DNA of 44,001 nucleotides, counting the filler, from Jimgerdemannia flammicorona (taxonomy: Eukaryota), in assembly GCA_003990765.1 (NCBI GenBank). It is 2 parts of 2 records of this genome, joined end to end, with 100 filler letters (N's around TTAATTAATTAA, not from the genome) between each part and the next. Parts side by side here need not be neighbours in the genome. Positions count along the whole stretch, not along the records: positions 1 to 21,951 come from RBNJ01001358.1; 1 more part is not named here. One strand, 5' to 3'. This document shows, one piece after another, positions 1 through 10,800 of this stretch. Position 1 is the stretch's first letter. Each line of letters opens with the position of its first letter. The position numbers and the translations under genes were made by a program. The notes under the pieces were generated by a model. The model did not search any database. It saw nothing but the letters and a program-made list of their open reading frames with translations, and was not told the origin of the DNA.

Positions 1-312
1 CGGTTACACGATATACGCCAGCAAGCACGAGGATTTATCGCCAAAGCACAAGAATGCCAAAAGAGGTACTACGACCGCAAAGCCGACCTCGAACCCCTGC
101 TCATTGGACAAAAGGTCCTGGTGTACCGTACCATCATAGAAGGAAACTGGAGTACCAAGCTTGAACCAAAATGGGAAGGCCCCTATCTCATACACCAAGT
201 ATTCTCGAACCACACTTATCAACTCAAGACCTTGGATGGAGTTATACTCAAGACCAAGATACATCGCAACCGCATAAGACTCTACTACTCAAGAGAAGCA
301 AAACGCATTTGA
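1..312 (+). pseudogene. Integrase C-terminal region (GPY/F motif, SH3-like) of element C, partial
   Basis: QKVLVYRTIIEGNWSTKLEPKWEGPYLIHQVFSNHTYQL...IHRNRIRLY; aligns with the IN ends of A (~12830-13020) and B (~14890-15080). Confidence 0.9.
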
Positions 313-845
313 ACAAATCCTGTTCACTTTGTCTGTGTCGTCTCCGCTGGAGATATGACGGACGTTTCACTCGGAACTCAAGAAAGCCAACAACGTTGGA
401 GCCAGACTTAAGCCCATCCACATGACAGACATTGTTACTAAGAAATTGCCTCGGATTACAAGTAATACTATTTCCGATGGGTTCGAACCCCCAGCCGCGA
501 CTATGGGAGCCCTCGCCCTAGACAAGGATGGCCAGTCCTCACAAATGCGCTGGCATTCTGCTCGTCCCTGGAGTTAAGACCACCCAACTCTGTGTAACCC
601 TCACCACCGAGGATGGCTCTAATTTTGCAAGGGGCAGATGTGACGTAAGCAAATGACAACAGAGTACCAGTGACTGCTAAGATCAGATGACATAATGGCG
701 TGACAATCAAATAGACAGCCTGACCCATTAGGTGATCATCCCAAAAGAAGACAAGATGATCTGAGCCAAAATGAAGACCACGTTATTTAAGGAACCATAC
801 TCCGCCTCAGGGATCAGCACCAAAGAACCAAGTACCCACCACACA

Positions 846-1832
846 ATGCCTCCCATTCGCCGATCCAACCAGACCTCCCGCCGCTCTACCCCTTTGCCTG
901 ACCCAAAGACCCTGATCTTTGAAGCTATCAAGAAGGCCATCTGGCGCCCAGACACTTCTGAACACTTGAACTTCTACACTGAGGACCTTGGACACTTCAT
1001 CAACTACCGGTATATAATGACCCAACAGCTCAAAGACACTACCGAACGAATGACCCTCTGGCATGACTATGAAATCGGACACCGCCTTCGCAATGAGACT
1101 CAAGAAGGCGACTAGGAAGACCTCATTGCTGAAATGTTAACCACCAGCCAGCTAATCAAGAGAGCCCTCCGTGTCCATCAAATCTTCCACCATATTCCCT
1201 GGGCTATAGCACACTTGCAAGGAGTAACAGCTGGCAGCCTCTCACGCCTTTCAACTGAAGATGCTGACTGGATAGAATCTGAAGTAGCCAACACTATTGG
1301 CAGCAACTGCATCACCGTAGGAAGCCAACAAACCGAACCTACTCAGCCAGGCTTCCACACCACCCCACTCCGAGACAACCATCAAGGTCACCTAATGAGT
1401 CTTATGGAGATATTTGAAGGACCGCCCATCACTATAGAGACACTCGTTGGAGCTACCCCAACCACCCACCACCCTGTCAGCCACAATTCACACCTCATCA
1501 TTTGGGAACCGAATCAAGAAGAAGCCCAAGAAGTTCCTATCTTTGAAGAGGAGGCCCAAGAACTCCAAGACCCTGCCCCTGAAGAAACCCCCTCTGACAC
1601 TGAAACTGACGAGCCTTCAGAAGAAGAAAAGGAGCAACAGAGAGTCTATCAGTCCTCTGTCCACATTCAAGCTGTTCAAGGGTTGGAGAATGTTGTTGAA
1701 GATGACTGGCCACTTTTCTACCCCCTCACCTCTTGGCTGGTGCTTCCCCCCTTTGAGGAGAGATATGACGAAGAAGAAATCACAACCCAGCAAGATTTGC
1801 CCGCCACGGACGAAGGGTACTATTTCCTCTAG
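846..1832 (+). pseudogene. LTR-encoded accessory ORF of element C (~328 codons, one in-frame TAG at 1113-1115), unknown function, acidic C-terminal tail
   Basis: ORFs 771-1115 and 1134-1832 are in the same frame, separated by one TAG. Motifs LIFEAIKKAI / WHDYEIGHRL / ALRVHQIFHHIPWAIAHLQGVT align with ORFs in A and B. Confidence 0.75.
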
Positions 1833-1865
1833 AGTACCGCCCATCAGCTGTGAGAACCCAGCTCA

Positions 1866-2080
1866 TGTCAGCTCATCCGAATCCAGCATTGCTACCCAGT
1901 ACCACCGTTTTCAGCATTTTTGTCAGCAGGTCCGAATTCAGCGTTACCACCCTCCACAACCGTTTCTGGCAACAATCATCGTATTATGTCAGCTCATCCG
2001 AATCCAGCGTTGCTACCCAGTACCACCGTTTTCAGTATTTTGTCAGCAGATCTGAATCCAGTGTTGCTATCCCCTACAAC
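1866..2080 (+). repeat. Imperfect tandem repeats in U3 of LTR C (approx. 120-bp duplication built from ~60-bp subunits)
   Basis: atgtcagctcatccgaatccagc(a/g)ttgctacccagtaccaccgttttcag occurs at ~1866 and ~1987, with related tgtcagcag(g/a)tc(c/t)gaat units in between and after. Confidence 0.8.
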
Positions 2081-2194
2081 CCAATCTGTAGTAAACAACA
2101 GCCTGCACCTCGCATCGTGCAAACCAATAGCATAAGTTTGCCACAACGTAGTATATCTTAGCCTTAGTCACGCCCACCTCCCCCATAGCTAGCA

Positions 2195-2238
2195 AACTTG
2201 TATAAATAACCCATATTCTTAGAGTGAATAAATCTCAG
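2195..2238 (+). promoter_or_regulatory. LTR TATA box (2201-2208) plus AATAAA (2227-2232) core of element C
   Basis: aacttgTATAAATAacccatattcttagagtgAATAAAtctcag; almost the same 44-mer is in both B LTRs on the minus strand, and A shows the same spacing. Confidence 0.7.
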
Positions 2239-2389
2239 CCAGTTTGTGTTTAAAAGTAAAAAAGATTACAGAGAAACCTCACTGCCTCCAAGAGACCGGA
2301 TAAATTCTGAGAACAAGATAACAACCTAGAGCAACGGATCGCTCGGAAGTTTGAGTTAAAGAATTTTCTCTTGCCACGGAAAGAAAACG

Positions 2390-2710
2390 TTACCCGACCG
2401 CCATCATTCGAGACCCGAGACCCAGCCAAGGATTCAAGACCAGACCGCCATTTGGACCGCTATTCAGACTGCGCATTCAGACCGCCATTCGAGATTCAAG
2501 ACCCGAAAAACCAAGGAATCTAAGGATACTCAGCCAAACAAGACCGTAGCCTAAGACCCACCAAGATACCCAAACGACCGCCAAAGACCCAAGTTATCCC
2601 GCTCTTTCAAGCTAAACAAGACGGATGAGCGAGCCGTCGACCGTTTCCCGATCTACTGCGCCACAGACCGTTTTAATTGACCGCATAAAGAGCAAGACCG
2701 TCAAGACTGT
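2390..2710 (+). repeat. Array of short GACC(G/C)-type motifs in R/U5 of LTR C
   Basis: Roughly 20 dispersed (a)gaccg/gaccc/gactg units such as agaccgccatt. Confidence 0.6.
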
Positions 2711-2971
2711 CGCCGCATAAATTCAAGTTTGCCATCAAGTTAATCGCCACCAGGAAACTTAGCCAGCATAATCGCCGCCCTTATCCACTAAACAATTGAG
2801 CCATCATTGAACGATCTCCCGCTATTATTATCGCACGTTTCGAACGACCTGTCATGTGACCATCGACCCGCGAACATCACCAACGCCCTCAGATATACAT
2901 CGTGCACTTCACTAAGTGGCACATTGAGCCGCGCAGTCGAAGTTCATTATACATAACTGACGTCACAATAT

Positions 2972-4869
2972 ATAATACATATGAGGCTTTTAAGAGCTTG
3001 AAAAATATCTGATTATTAACTACTAGACTTTGCCAGATAACCATATACTCTCACTTAATCCAATTCCATTGCTATAGCTATAGCTATCATTGTGCCTTTT
3101 GTAATATATATTGTTATTAGTACTAGTTGTCATTATTTCTAATATATATAGTATAGTATTATATATTATATTATACTAAAATCCATTAGCCAGATGTTAT
3201 CTTCATTATTATTGGCTATGTTAGTATATTTACTAGATATTGTTAGCAGTACCTACACTACTGATATTGTTGGTAGTATCTATGCTACTAATGTTATTGG
3301 CAGTATCTATACTACTGATATGTGGTATTTATTTTACTAATGTTATTGATAATACTCATACTACTAATGTTATTGGTAGTACTTATACTGTTGATATTAT
3401 TGGTAGTACTCATATTAGATACAGATGTCATTTATGGTCACTATAGTTATTGTTGATGTCTATACTTTGGACCTTATTAATATTTGCCTTATCTATACTT
3501 TTGTCTATACTTTTGATATTATTGTTTACATCTTATTACAAGCCATATTGTTGACCTCATTGATATTTTTAGTCTTTTTGGCCTTTTCTATACCTTATCA
3601 GTCTTATTGCTGACCTTATTTGCCATATTAGACCTTGGGTTTGGGTTCATCCCCATTGATCTCATTGCTGGTCTTATATATATTAGTTTCATTAGTCTTG
3701 TCAGCTGGTATCCTTGTTGTCATAATCATTATCTTTAACACCTAGGATGAAGTCTCTGCCATCAGAGAGAACTTTATGCCTCAATCACTTGAGAGGGCTT
3801 TGTAATTACCTCAATACTAGAGAGGACTTTGCCTGCTATCTGAAAGAACTTATAATTGCCTTGAATATCTAAGCAGATGCTTTTATTGTAATCATCTTCT
3901 GCTATTAGAGAGGACTTTATAATTGCCTCAAATATCTGGATGGGTGTCTTTATTATAATCACCTTCTACTACTAGAGAGAACTTTGATATCATTATTAGC
4001 AGACTTCTCTTACAATGGAACTATGTTTTCTGTTACCAGGGGGCCATTATAGAGATATCCATCTTAGTGCTCTGGCTCATACTCATATTCATCAGTATAG
4101 TATATAAACTAGAGATGTTCTAGCTACTAACTGGGGCTTACCACTAACCAGGCTATATAGCTACTCAGTTACTAACAGGGCTTATAATCTGTTATATTAA
4201 ACAGAAGAAGTAATTTATTCAAAATACATATGTTGCATATTTTATATATTATTGATAAATGATATGAAACTGATGGAATAGTATATAGTATAAAGTCACA
4301 TGCCTACATATTGAGTTACTATCCTAACAGACTTCTTGAATGGTGTAGATTCTGTATAATATAGTTGATTTTAGCAGATTTCTCAAATAATGAATAATAG
4401 TAATTTTTAGGCTTAGTTTGATAAGAGGACCAAAATATAATAGATCTCTCAAGTTTAAAATTAATAAACTTCTATAAATAAAGTTATATCAGTCAACTGC
4501 TTTATTTGTATAAATAAGTTTACTATAAATATATATATCTAACTAACTAACTTAATATATCAAATATAGCAGATTTCTCAGATTCTTCTAACTTAATCTG
4601 GTAAGCAGACCAAATCAGTAGACTTTTTTATATTAGAAAGTAGACTGAAGTAGAAAAGAAAGCTTTCAATCTCCTAAGTAATAACTTTAGAGTAGATATT
4701 TCTCTTAAGTATTACAAACTTTTCTGAATCAGATGGTCTTTAGCAGATATATCTTTCAAAGTTATTAGGTAGACTTATCTTTTACTTTTGAACTTTTTAG
4801 ATAAAGATTTATTTACCTTTATTACTAGAGTATTTTATATATCATAATTGCTAGCTGATTACTATATAG
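2972..4869. repeat. Heavily eroded AT-rich, CpG-poor repeat relic that hosts element A and resumes at 21672-21951
   Basis: Essentially no CpG and no credible ORF. Imperfect tandem units occur at ~3220-3430 (tactaatgttattggtagtac-like) and ~3760-3990 (agagaggacttt...aattgcct). Confidence 0.45.
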
Positions 4870-5126
4870 CTAATGTAATGGTGATCTCAGAATGATGATA
4901 TCAGTATAAGAGACAGTCTTTTCTTACAAGCTACCAGATTAGAATATAAGAAGATTATACAGTATGACTCAGGCTATAAGATGAGTAATGATGACTAACT
5001 GTGAGTTATTGTGACTACAGTTCAGGCATCTTGAGGAATATAAAAGAAGGATCAAGGAACTGTAGTAGCAGCAACTCAATAAGACCCACCAATCCCAAAA
5101 TAGCTCAAAGACTTACTACAAATGAA

Positions 5127-5948
5127 ATATCTGCTACTCACCCAATCTCAAGGTCAAGGAACCACCAAGGTACCTCAGTTGAAGAAAGAATATTCCAAAA
5201 CATCAGAAGAGCTATGAGGATCCATATAAGAAGGACTTCTAGCCTCAACATAGGTACTATGGATCCTTATCACTTTATCCTCTACTGTTATGAAATGGAA
5301 ACAAGGATCACTATTGCTACCAAATGTCTCCAAATATGGCAGAAGTATGAAATAGGAAACCTTCTCTGCCAGGAATTCCCACAGGTCAGCTCTCAAGAGT
5401 TACAAGATACCACTCCTATGGATATATACAAAACAATGATAGCAAAGAAGATTCATCAGATCTTCAGACATGTATCATGGTCAATCTCCAACTTGGAGTA
5501 TATTAGAGTCTCAGATTTCAGAGATCTGTCAGCCTACTGTATCAATACACTAGAAGCTAGAGTGACTACAGAAGCCCAGTCCACCATCACTCTCAATAGT
5601 GATGAAGTAGAAGACTTCTGGCATTCCATCCTCCAGGACAATCCAGATCAATTCCTGCAAGGATTGATCTCAGTATTCTAAGGCTCAAGTATCCAGGTTA
5701 GATCTCCCCAAGACCCCATATTTGTTCCTTATTTTGTAAAAGAGAATCTCATGGATTGGAGAGCCCCCAATTTCCCTGCTACCAAATATGATGACATCAT
5801 TGGCAATGACATCATCCTGTATAATATATGTAAAGTATGCAAAATGCACAACCAATGTGATGAGACCAAAACATTCATGAACCTCATCTTCTTTGAGGAT
5901 AGTGATGATGAGGATGAAGCCTCTATAGTCCTGAACATTCTGCTTTAA
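5127..5948 (+). pseudogene. LTR-encoded accessory ORF of element A (~273 codons); second copy in the 3' LTR starts at ATG 13638 and is split by element B
   Basis: ORFs 5001-5681 and 5751-5948 are in frame. The TAA at 5679 is CAA in the 3' LTR copy, and ATA at 5127 is ATG in the 3' copy. Motifs RIFQNIRRAM / WQKYEIGNLL / AKKIHQIFRHVSWSI match the ORF of C; acidic tail EDSDDEDE. Confidence 0.75.
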
Positions 5949-6287
5949 GTCTCTTAGTTATACTAAATTATACCAGTATCCTTTTCCTATATAACAGCTG
6001 TTCTTCCTCCAGCATTCTGACCTTATGACTCAGAATTATTCCAGCACCATTTTTCTGTATTACTGAAATTATACCAACATTCTGAACCTGTGCAACTATC
6101 TGTACTGACCCTGGAACTTAGCAGTTCTCTGTATTTCAGCATTTTTATTTGATTATTGGAATTTATATTTAGCTTTATATCTTAGCAACCATTGAATTAT
6201 ATTTTGTATAAATACCCTTCTTATTTCCTCTGAAATAAAGTCAGTCAAGCTCACTTATATACAATCTCTTATAAGTAATCTAAAGAG

Positions 6288-7444
6288 CAACCTTTTCTCC
6301 GCTACCTTACCAGTCACAAAGTTTGGTAGGTGACCTTCCAAGTCCCCTTTCCCCTAATATTACCCCCCTCTACCTCAGGTTGGTTTGCTGTGCCTGCAGG
6401 GGCATAGTGGGAGGAGGGCAATGGTGATGAGTTGCCTCTTTATTGGTGTCAGATCGGTGCTTTCTCTACTTTTTCGCAGATTCTGGTGCCTTCAACTGCA
6501 TCTGGGGTATACCCGTTTTGGTGCGGCACCTTCTTCCTTTTGCCGATGCCAACAAGGTACTGTCTCGGTGTGTCTCAGGCTATGTAGAGAGTTGGCTGAC
6601 CTTGGGTGTCAAGTGCTCAGTGTAAGTTACCTGCAGGTCCTCGGTGCCTGTGATGGGGCCCTCTGGCTTTGGTGAGCTTCCCGGCAAGCGTGGTTCTGGC
6701 ATAGGTGACTGTTTTTCAGGTGTTGTCGGGATGGGAGGGGAGATGGCCATCACAGATAGGAGAAAGGGCGATTATGGTGTACTAGTAGGGTGCCAGGCTG
6801 GGGGTGGTCATTGGGGCTGGGGCTTCGGTGGGGCCTTTTGATTGGTGTGGCATGGTTAGGTAGTAGGTGTCACTCTCGGCTTCTTTTGGCGATTTGTGGG
6901 GTTGGGCCCTGGTCATTGGGGGGGGTCGGGGGGCCTGAGGCTACCCATTTCAGACATCTTGGCTGCACTCAACTGGAACTGGGAGCTGACACGACAATGT
7001 GATCGAGGCCCACAGGCTTGAGTAGTGGGGTATTGGGGGTCTCCTCCCACCTCATATATAAGTCCTCTACTCACCTCGACTGGGAGAACCAGGCCCTACC
7101 CACCGTGTTGTACTTTGATGAGGGTTTTTTCTTTGCCTGTCATTCTCTTTGGGGTGGCAGGGGCTATTCTATTCGGCTCGAGCATGGCCTTGTACATATG
7201 TTGGGTTCTTGGGCATGCACTTTTGGTCGTTGGTGTATGGCTGGGTTTCCCCTGGTAGTAGGGAGAGCATGGTGCGCAGAATGAGATGCAGGCTACTTTG
7301 CCCTGCTGTGCCTGGCATGGTCAAGCTGCTGGACAATAGCTAGCCTAGGTTAATGGGGGGACAGTGCTTGATAGGTGGTGGGGGAGGGTTTTGGCCTATA
7401 TAGTCTAGGTTCCCTTCCAATAAAAATCCGTGGGACATAGAGTC

Positions 7445-7516
<72 letters not shown>
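6288..7516 (+). mobile_element. Non-autonomous poly(A)-tailed non-LTR retroposon (SINE-like or LINE derivative), ~1.16 kb plus A-tail
   Basis: Absent from the other LTR copy. 15-bp TSD AAGTAATCTAAAGAG (6273-6287, 7517-7531), AATAAA near 7419 and an A-tail at ~7449-7516. Further copies at 22052-22381 and 24321-24384. Confidence 0.92.
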
Positions 7517-7522
<6 letters not shown>

Positions 7523-7688
7523 TCTAAAGAGATAATAAGATAGTTTAAAGATAAGAAGTTTGAGGACTATAAGATCTTGGGAAGGCACTCTAATAAGAAC
7601 TTGCTTATAACAAACTTGAGTTAGTCTAAGAGATATATCTTAAAGAGAATCTGATATATTTGAAGGACTCAGCAACTACTACATGACA

Positions 7689-7710
7689 ACTTAGTGCCTA
7701 TTGGCTGGTG
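7689..7710 (+). promoter_or_regulatory. Putative primer-binding site of element A
   Basis: ACTTAGTGCCTATTGGCTGGT follows the LTR directly. Element B has ACTTGGTGCCCATTGGCTAGT at the same position (20182-20162, minus). The priming tRNA is not identified. Confidence 0.65.
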
Positions 7711-7802
7711 ATTCAAGACAAATCTCTCACTTTTAAACTGAAAAACAAATAACCACTACAACAATTACCTGACTATAAGAGTCACTCCTGCAATAATTCA
7801 AG

Positions 7803-10800
7803 ATGGAAATGTGTCCCCCCACATTCTATAGATATACTACTAAAGAGTCAATCCTGACCTTTATTGAAGACTTTGAACAATTTGCTACCATATGAGCCCT
7901 TGGTGTAGATGCACAATTGGTCCTTCTACCAGTCAGCCTCAGAGGACCTACTAGAGACAAGTTCAATATAGATATTATTGCTAATAATAGTGCAACCAAA
8001 CTTGCCAATATGAAGGCCTTTCTCAGAACAATATATTATACCAAAGAGATCAAGCAAGCTCTCAAGGATCAACTCAACACTATCTACCAGAGACTCAGTA
8101 AAGATCCCAACTCATTCTATACCTAAATCTATCACCAGATTGTCTTGGCTAGCTATGATGATGCCCTCAAGGAACAAATAGCAGATTCAACCTTTTTTAA
8201 AGGAGTTCACTCTGAAATTGCCCTAGAAATCTGATCTATCCCAGCTGCACTAACCCTTGATCAGAAAGTGGTCTTTGCATAGAGATATTAGACTGCCAGA
8301 CACCCTGCTAAATACTCAATGGAGAAAATAACTGGTATCAAGATAGAGCCATCAAAGCTAACCAGTATCATATCTACTACAGTTATAAACAGACAACCAT
8401 CCCCACCTACCCCCAAGACAACCAAAGCTGACCCAGTGGAAGAACTTACTAAGCAGTTCGCCGAGATGACTGTACATCTTTGTGATGTTGTTAGAGAAGT
8501 CCGAAGCACCAACAGGAGACCAGTGCAGAGATTTGCAGTCACTACAGAAGAATATAATATCACATGCTTTAGATGTAGAGAAGAAGGCCACTATGCAAAG
8601 AGTTGCATGACTGAAATAAGATGTAAAGCCCAACCAAGCAATGCTAGCAGAACCAGAGAACAAACCAATACAGTAGTCATCAAGGAGATTGGTGATACTG
8701 ACAATGAAGAATACTATGAGGAGTCTGAATTCTACCTTACTACTGAAGATACCAGAACCTGGTCCAAGCCCTATGACAAGAAGAGCAACAGCAAGCCAGT
8801 TGGAAGACCAAAGAAGACCCCAGCTGTCACTATTCAAAGCAAGATCCAATCTAAGGAGATTGATCAAGATATGGAGTTAGATGAAGCTGTCTGTCAAATC
8901 ATTGAAGGTACTACTTCAGTCTTAGGAGAAAGTGAAAGCAAGAAGGAACAGAAGCTGTACAAGACCAAGATCCACTAGTATAATATCTACAAGGACCTCA
9001 AGGAACAGAAGATCAATGCTACTTTTGGACAGCTAGCCAAAGTCTCTGCCTTCAGATAGCAGTTAAGAGTAGAACTTGCAACTACTGCCAAGAATCAAGA
9101 GTACAAGATTGTAGAAGCTCACAATGCATAAGAAGATGATCAAGAAGACTCAGGTAAAGAATTCAAAGACCAGTGCAAGATATCAGCCTATACTCCATAT
9201 CAGATTGAAGATTATATCTTTAATGTCATCATTGATACCGGTGCTGGAGGATGCCTCATAAATAAGAAGGCAATTGACTGCTTAGGCTGGGACATTGAAG
9301 AGTCCACCAAGATGGTCTATGTTATAGCAGATGATATATAAGCTACCCCTCTTGGCAAAATCCAAGAAGTCCCCATTAAGATAAGAGGAGCTACCATTCC
9401 AGTAGATGTGATTGTTACAAGCACCACTAACTATAACATCCTCATTGGCAACCAATAGCTTCACAAGGCCAAGGCCATCATTGACCTCAATACCCAGAAG
9501 ATGCAGATCAACTATAGAGGAAGAAAGGTACAAGTCTCTATCAATGTCCACAAAGGAGTTCTACTAGATATAGAGAAAGGAGATAAAGAGGACATAGAAG
9601 TCTTCATGCACTTGGTGAATAAGAACAAGAACAAGATACCCAAGCTCACAGATGAGCAGTAGTATAACAAGATCATCAATAGCTATATCTCTCAAGGAAG
9701 ATGCCCCCATGGTACTAGGATGTACTACTCTGAACACCTAAATGACTGCTGGTCCTGTATTAGTGAAGTTAGGAAAATCTTCCAACAGAAGCATGAGCAA
9801 GAAGCTGCTGAAGCAAAAAGGAAAGCTGAATAAGATGACCAGCCCCCAGAGCTTCAAGCTAACAGTGATAATGAGAATAAATAAGAACCAGACATCACCC
9901 TCAAGGTCAAGAAGTTTCACTCCAAAGCCAAGATTCCAGAATACAAGACTGAAGGAGCCATAGGAATGGACCTTGCCAGCATTCAAGATGCTACTCTTGA
10001 ACCACAGACCACCACCCTACTTGGCATTGAAATTGGAGTCAAGTTGCCAGAGAACCATGCCAGAATTATCAAGACCAGAAGCAGTCTGGCCAAAAGTGAA
10101 ATCTCAGTTAAAGAAGGAGTAATTGACTCTGATTATATTGGCAAGATCTTCCTTATAGTCAGGAATCATAACCCCACCACTCTATTTGAAGTCAAGAAGC
10201 ATGACAGGATTGGTCAGATGCTGATCTATGAAATCAAGAAGCTCAAGATCACTGAAGCCATCAAACTCATCAAGACCAAGAGAGGAGAACAAGGCTTTGG
10301 ATCTACTGGAAGAGGAGTCTATGCTGCTATCAAGATTACCAAACTTGAACACAAGAAAGACAGAGACCAGAATAAGCACACATATACCATTAGAGAAAAC
10401 TTTCCCCTGGAAGAACAACTTCTCAAGGTCCTACACTAGAATGAAGAAGTATTTGCTACAGACTTCAGGGATATCCACAATCAAGAATCCAAGTACTACC
10501 ATGAAGTTGACACTGGTGATATCAAGCCTATCTACCAGAAAGCCAGACCTATACCACCTGCCTATAGAGAATGGCTGCAAGCAGAACTCAAGGAAATAGA
10601 AGAAGCCAGAATCATCAAGCAAGCTATCAGTCTCTGGGCTTCACCCATTGTTCTTGCTCTGAAAAAAGAAAGCAAGTCTGGAGAGTTTGTACCAAGACTC
10701 TGCATTGACTATAGGAAGCTCAATGCAATCACTAAGAAGAATAGACAGCCCTTGCCAAATATTCAAGAAATCCTGACCACCCTTGGAAGTAAAGCCAAAT

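Larger units (their letters stand above)
1..2967 (+). mobile_element. Ty3/Gypsy LTR retrotransposon 'C', 3' part (integrase C-terminus, PPT, 3' LTR); 5' part lies outside the window
   Basis: Frame 1 reads RLHDIRQQARGFIAKAQ...KLEPKWEGPY (Gypsy IN C-terminal GPY/F region, matching elements A and B). A purine tract AAGGGGCAGA (629-638) is followed by TGTGACGT...ACGTCACA termini. Confidence 0.9.
639..2967 (+). repeat. 3' LTR of element C (~2.33 kb)
   Basis: Perfect 8-bp terminal inverted repeat TGTGACGT (639-646) / ACGTCACA (2960-2967), with a PPT directly upstream and an internal TATA/AATAAA core nearly identical to that of the B LTR. The partner LTR is not in the window. Confidence 0.8.
4874..7688 (+). 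repeat. 5' LTR of element A (~1.57 kb once the 6288-7531 insertion is removed)
   Basis: Co-linear with 13385-13935 + 20653-21667; TATA at 6207-6214, AATAAA at 6234-6239. Confidence 0.93.

Noticed and set aside
846..1832. Accessory ORF as an env gene
   Set aside because: No signal peptide, fusion peptide or TM anchor visible; acidic soluble tail; lies within the LTR
1866..2710. Repeats as a CRISPR-like array
   Set aside because: No constant repeat with unique equal-length spacers; eukaryotic LTR context
3240..3613. Hydrophobic short ORFs resembling membrane peptides
   Set aside because: By-product of T/A-rich decayed tandem repeats; non-ATG starts
6790..7340. Faint resemblance of the retroposon 3' half to a LINE ORF2 C-terminus (e.g. 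ALYICW)
   Set aside because: Too weak to support by eye; needs a profile search on a family consensus
7340..7588. Poly-Phe ORF
   Set aside because: Translation of the retroposon A-tail on the opposite strand
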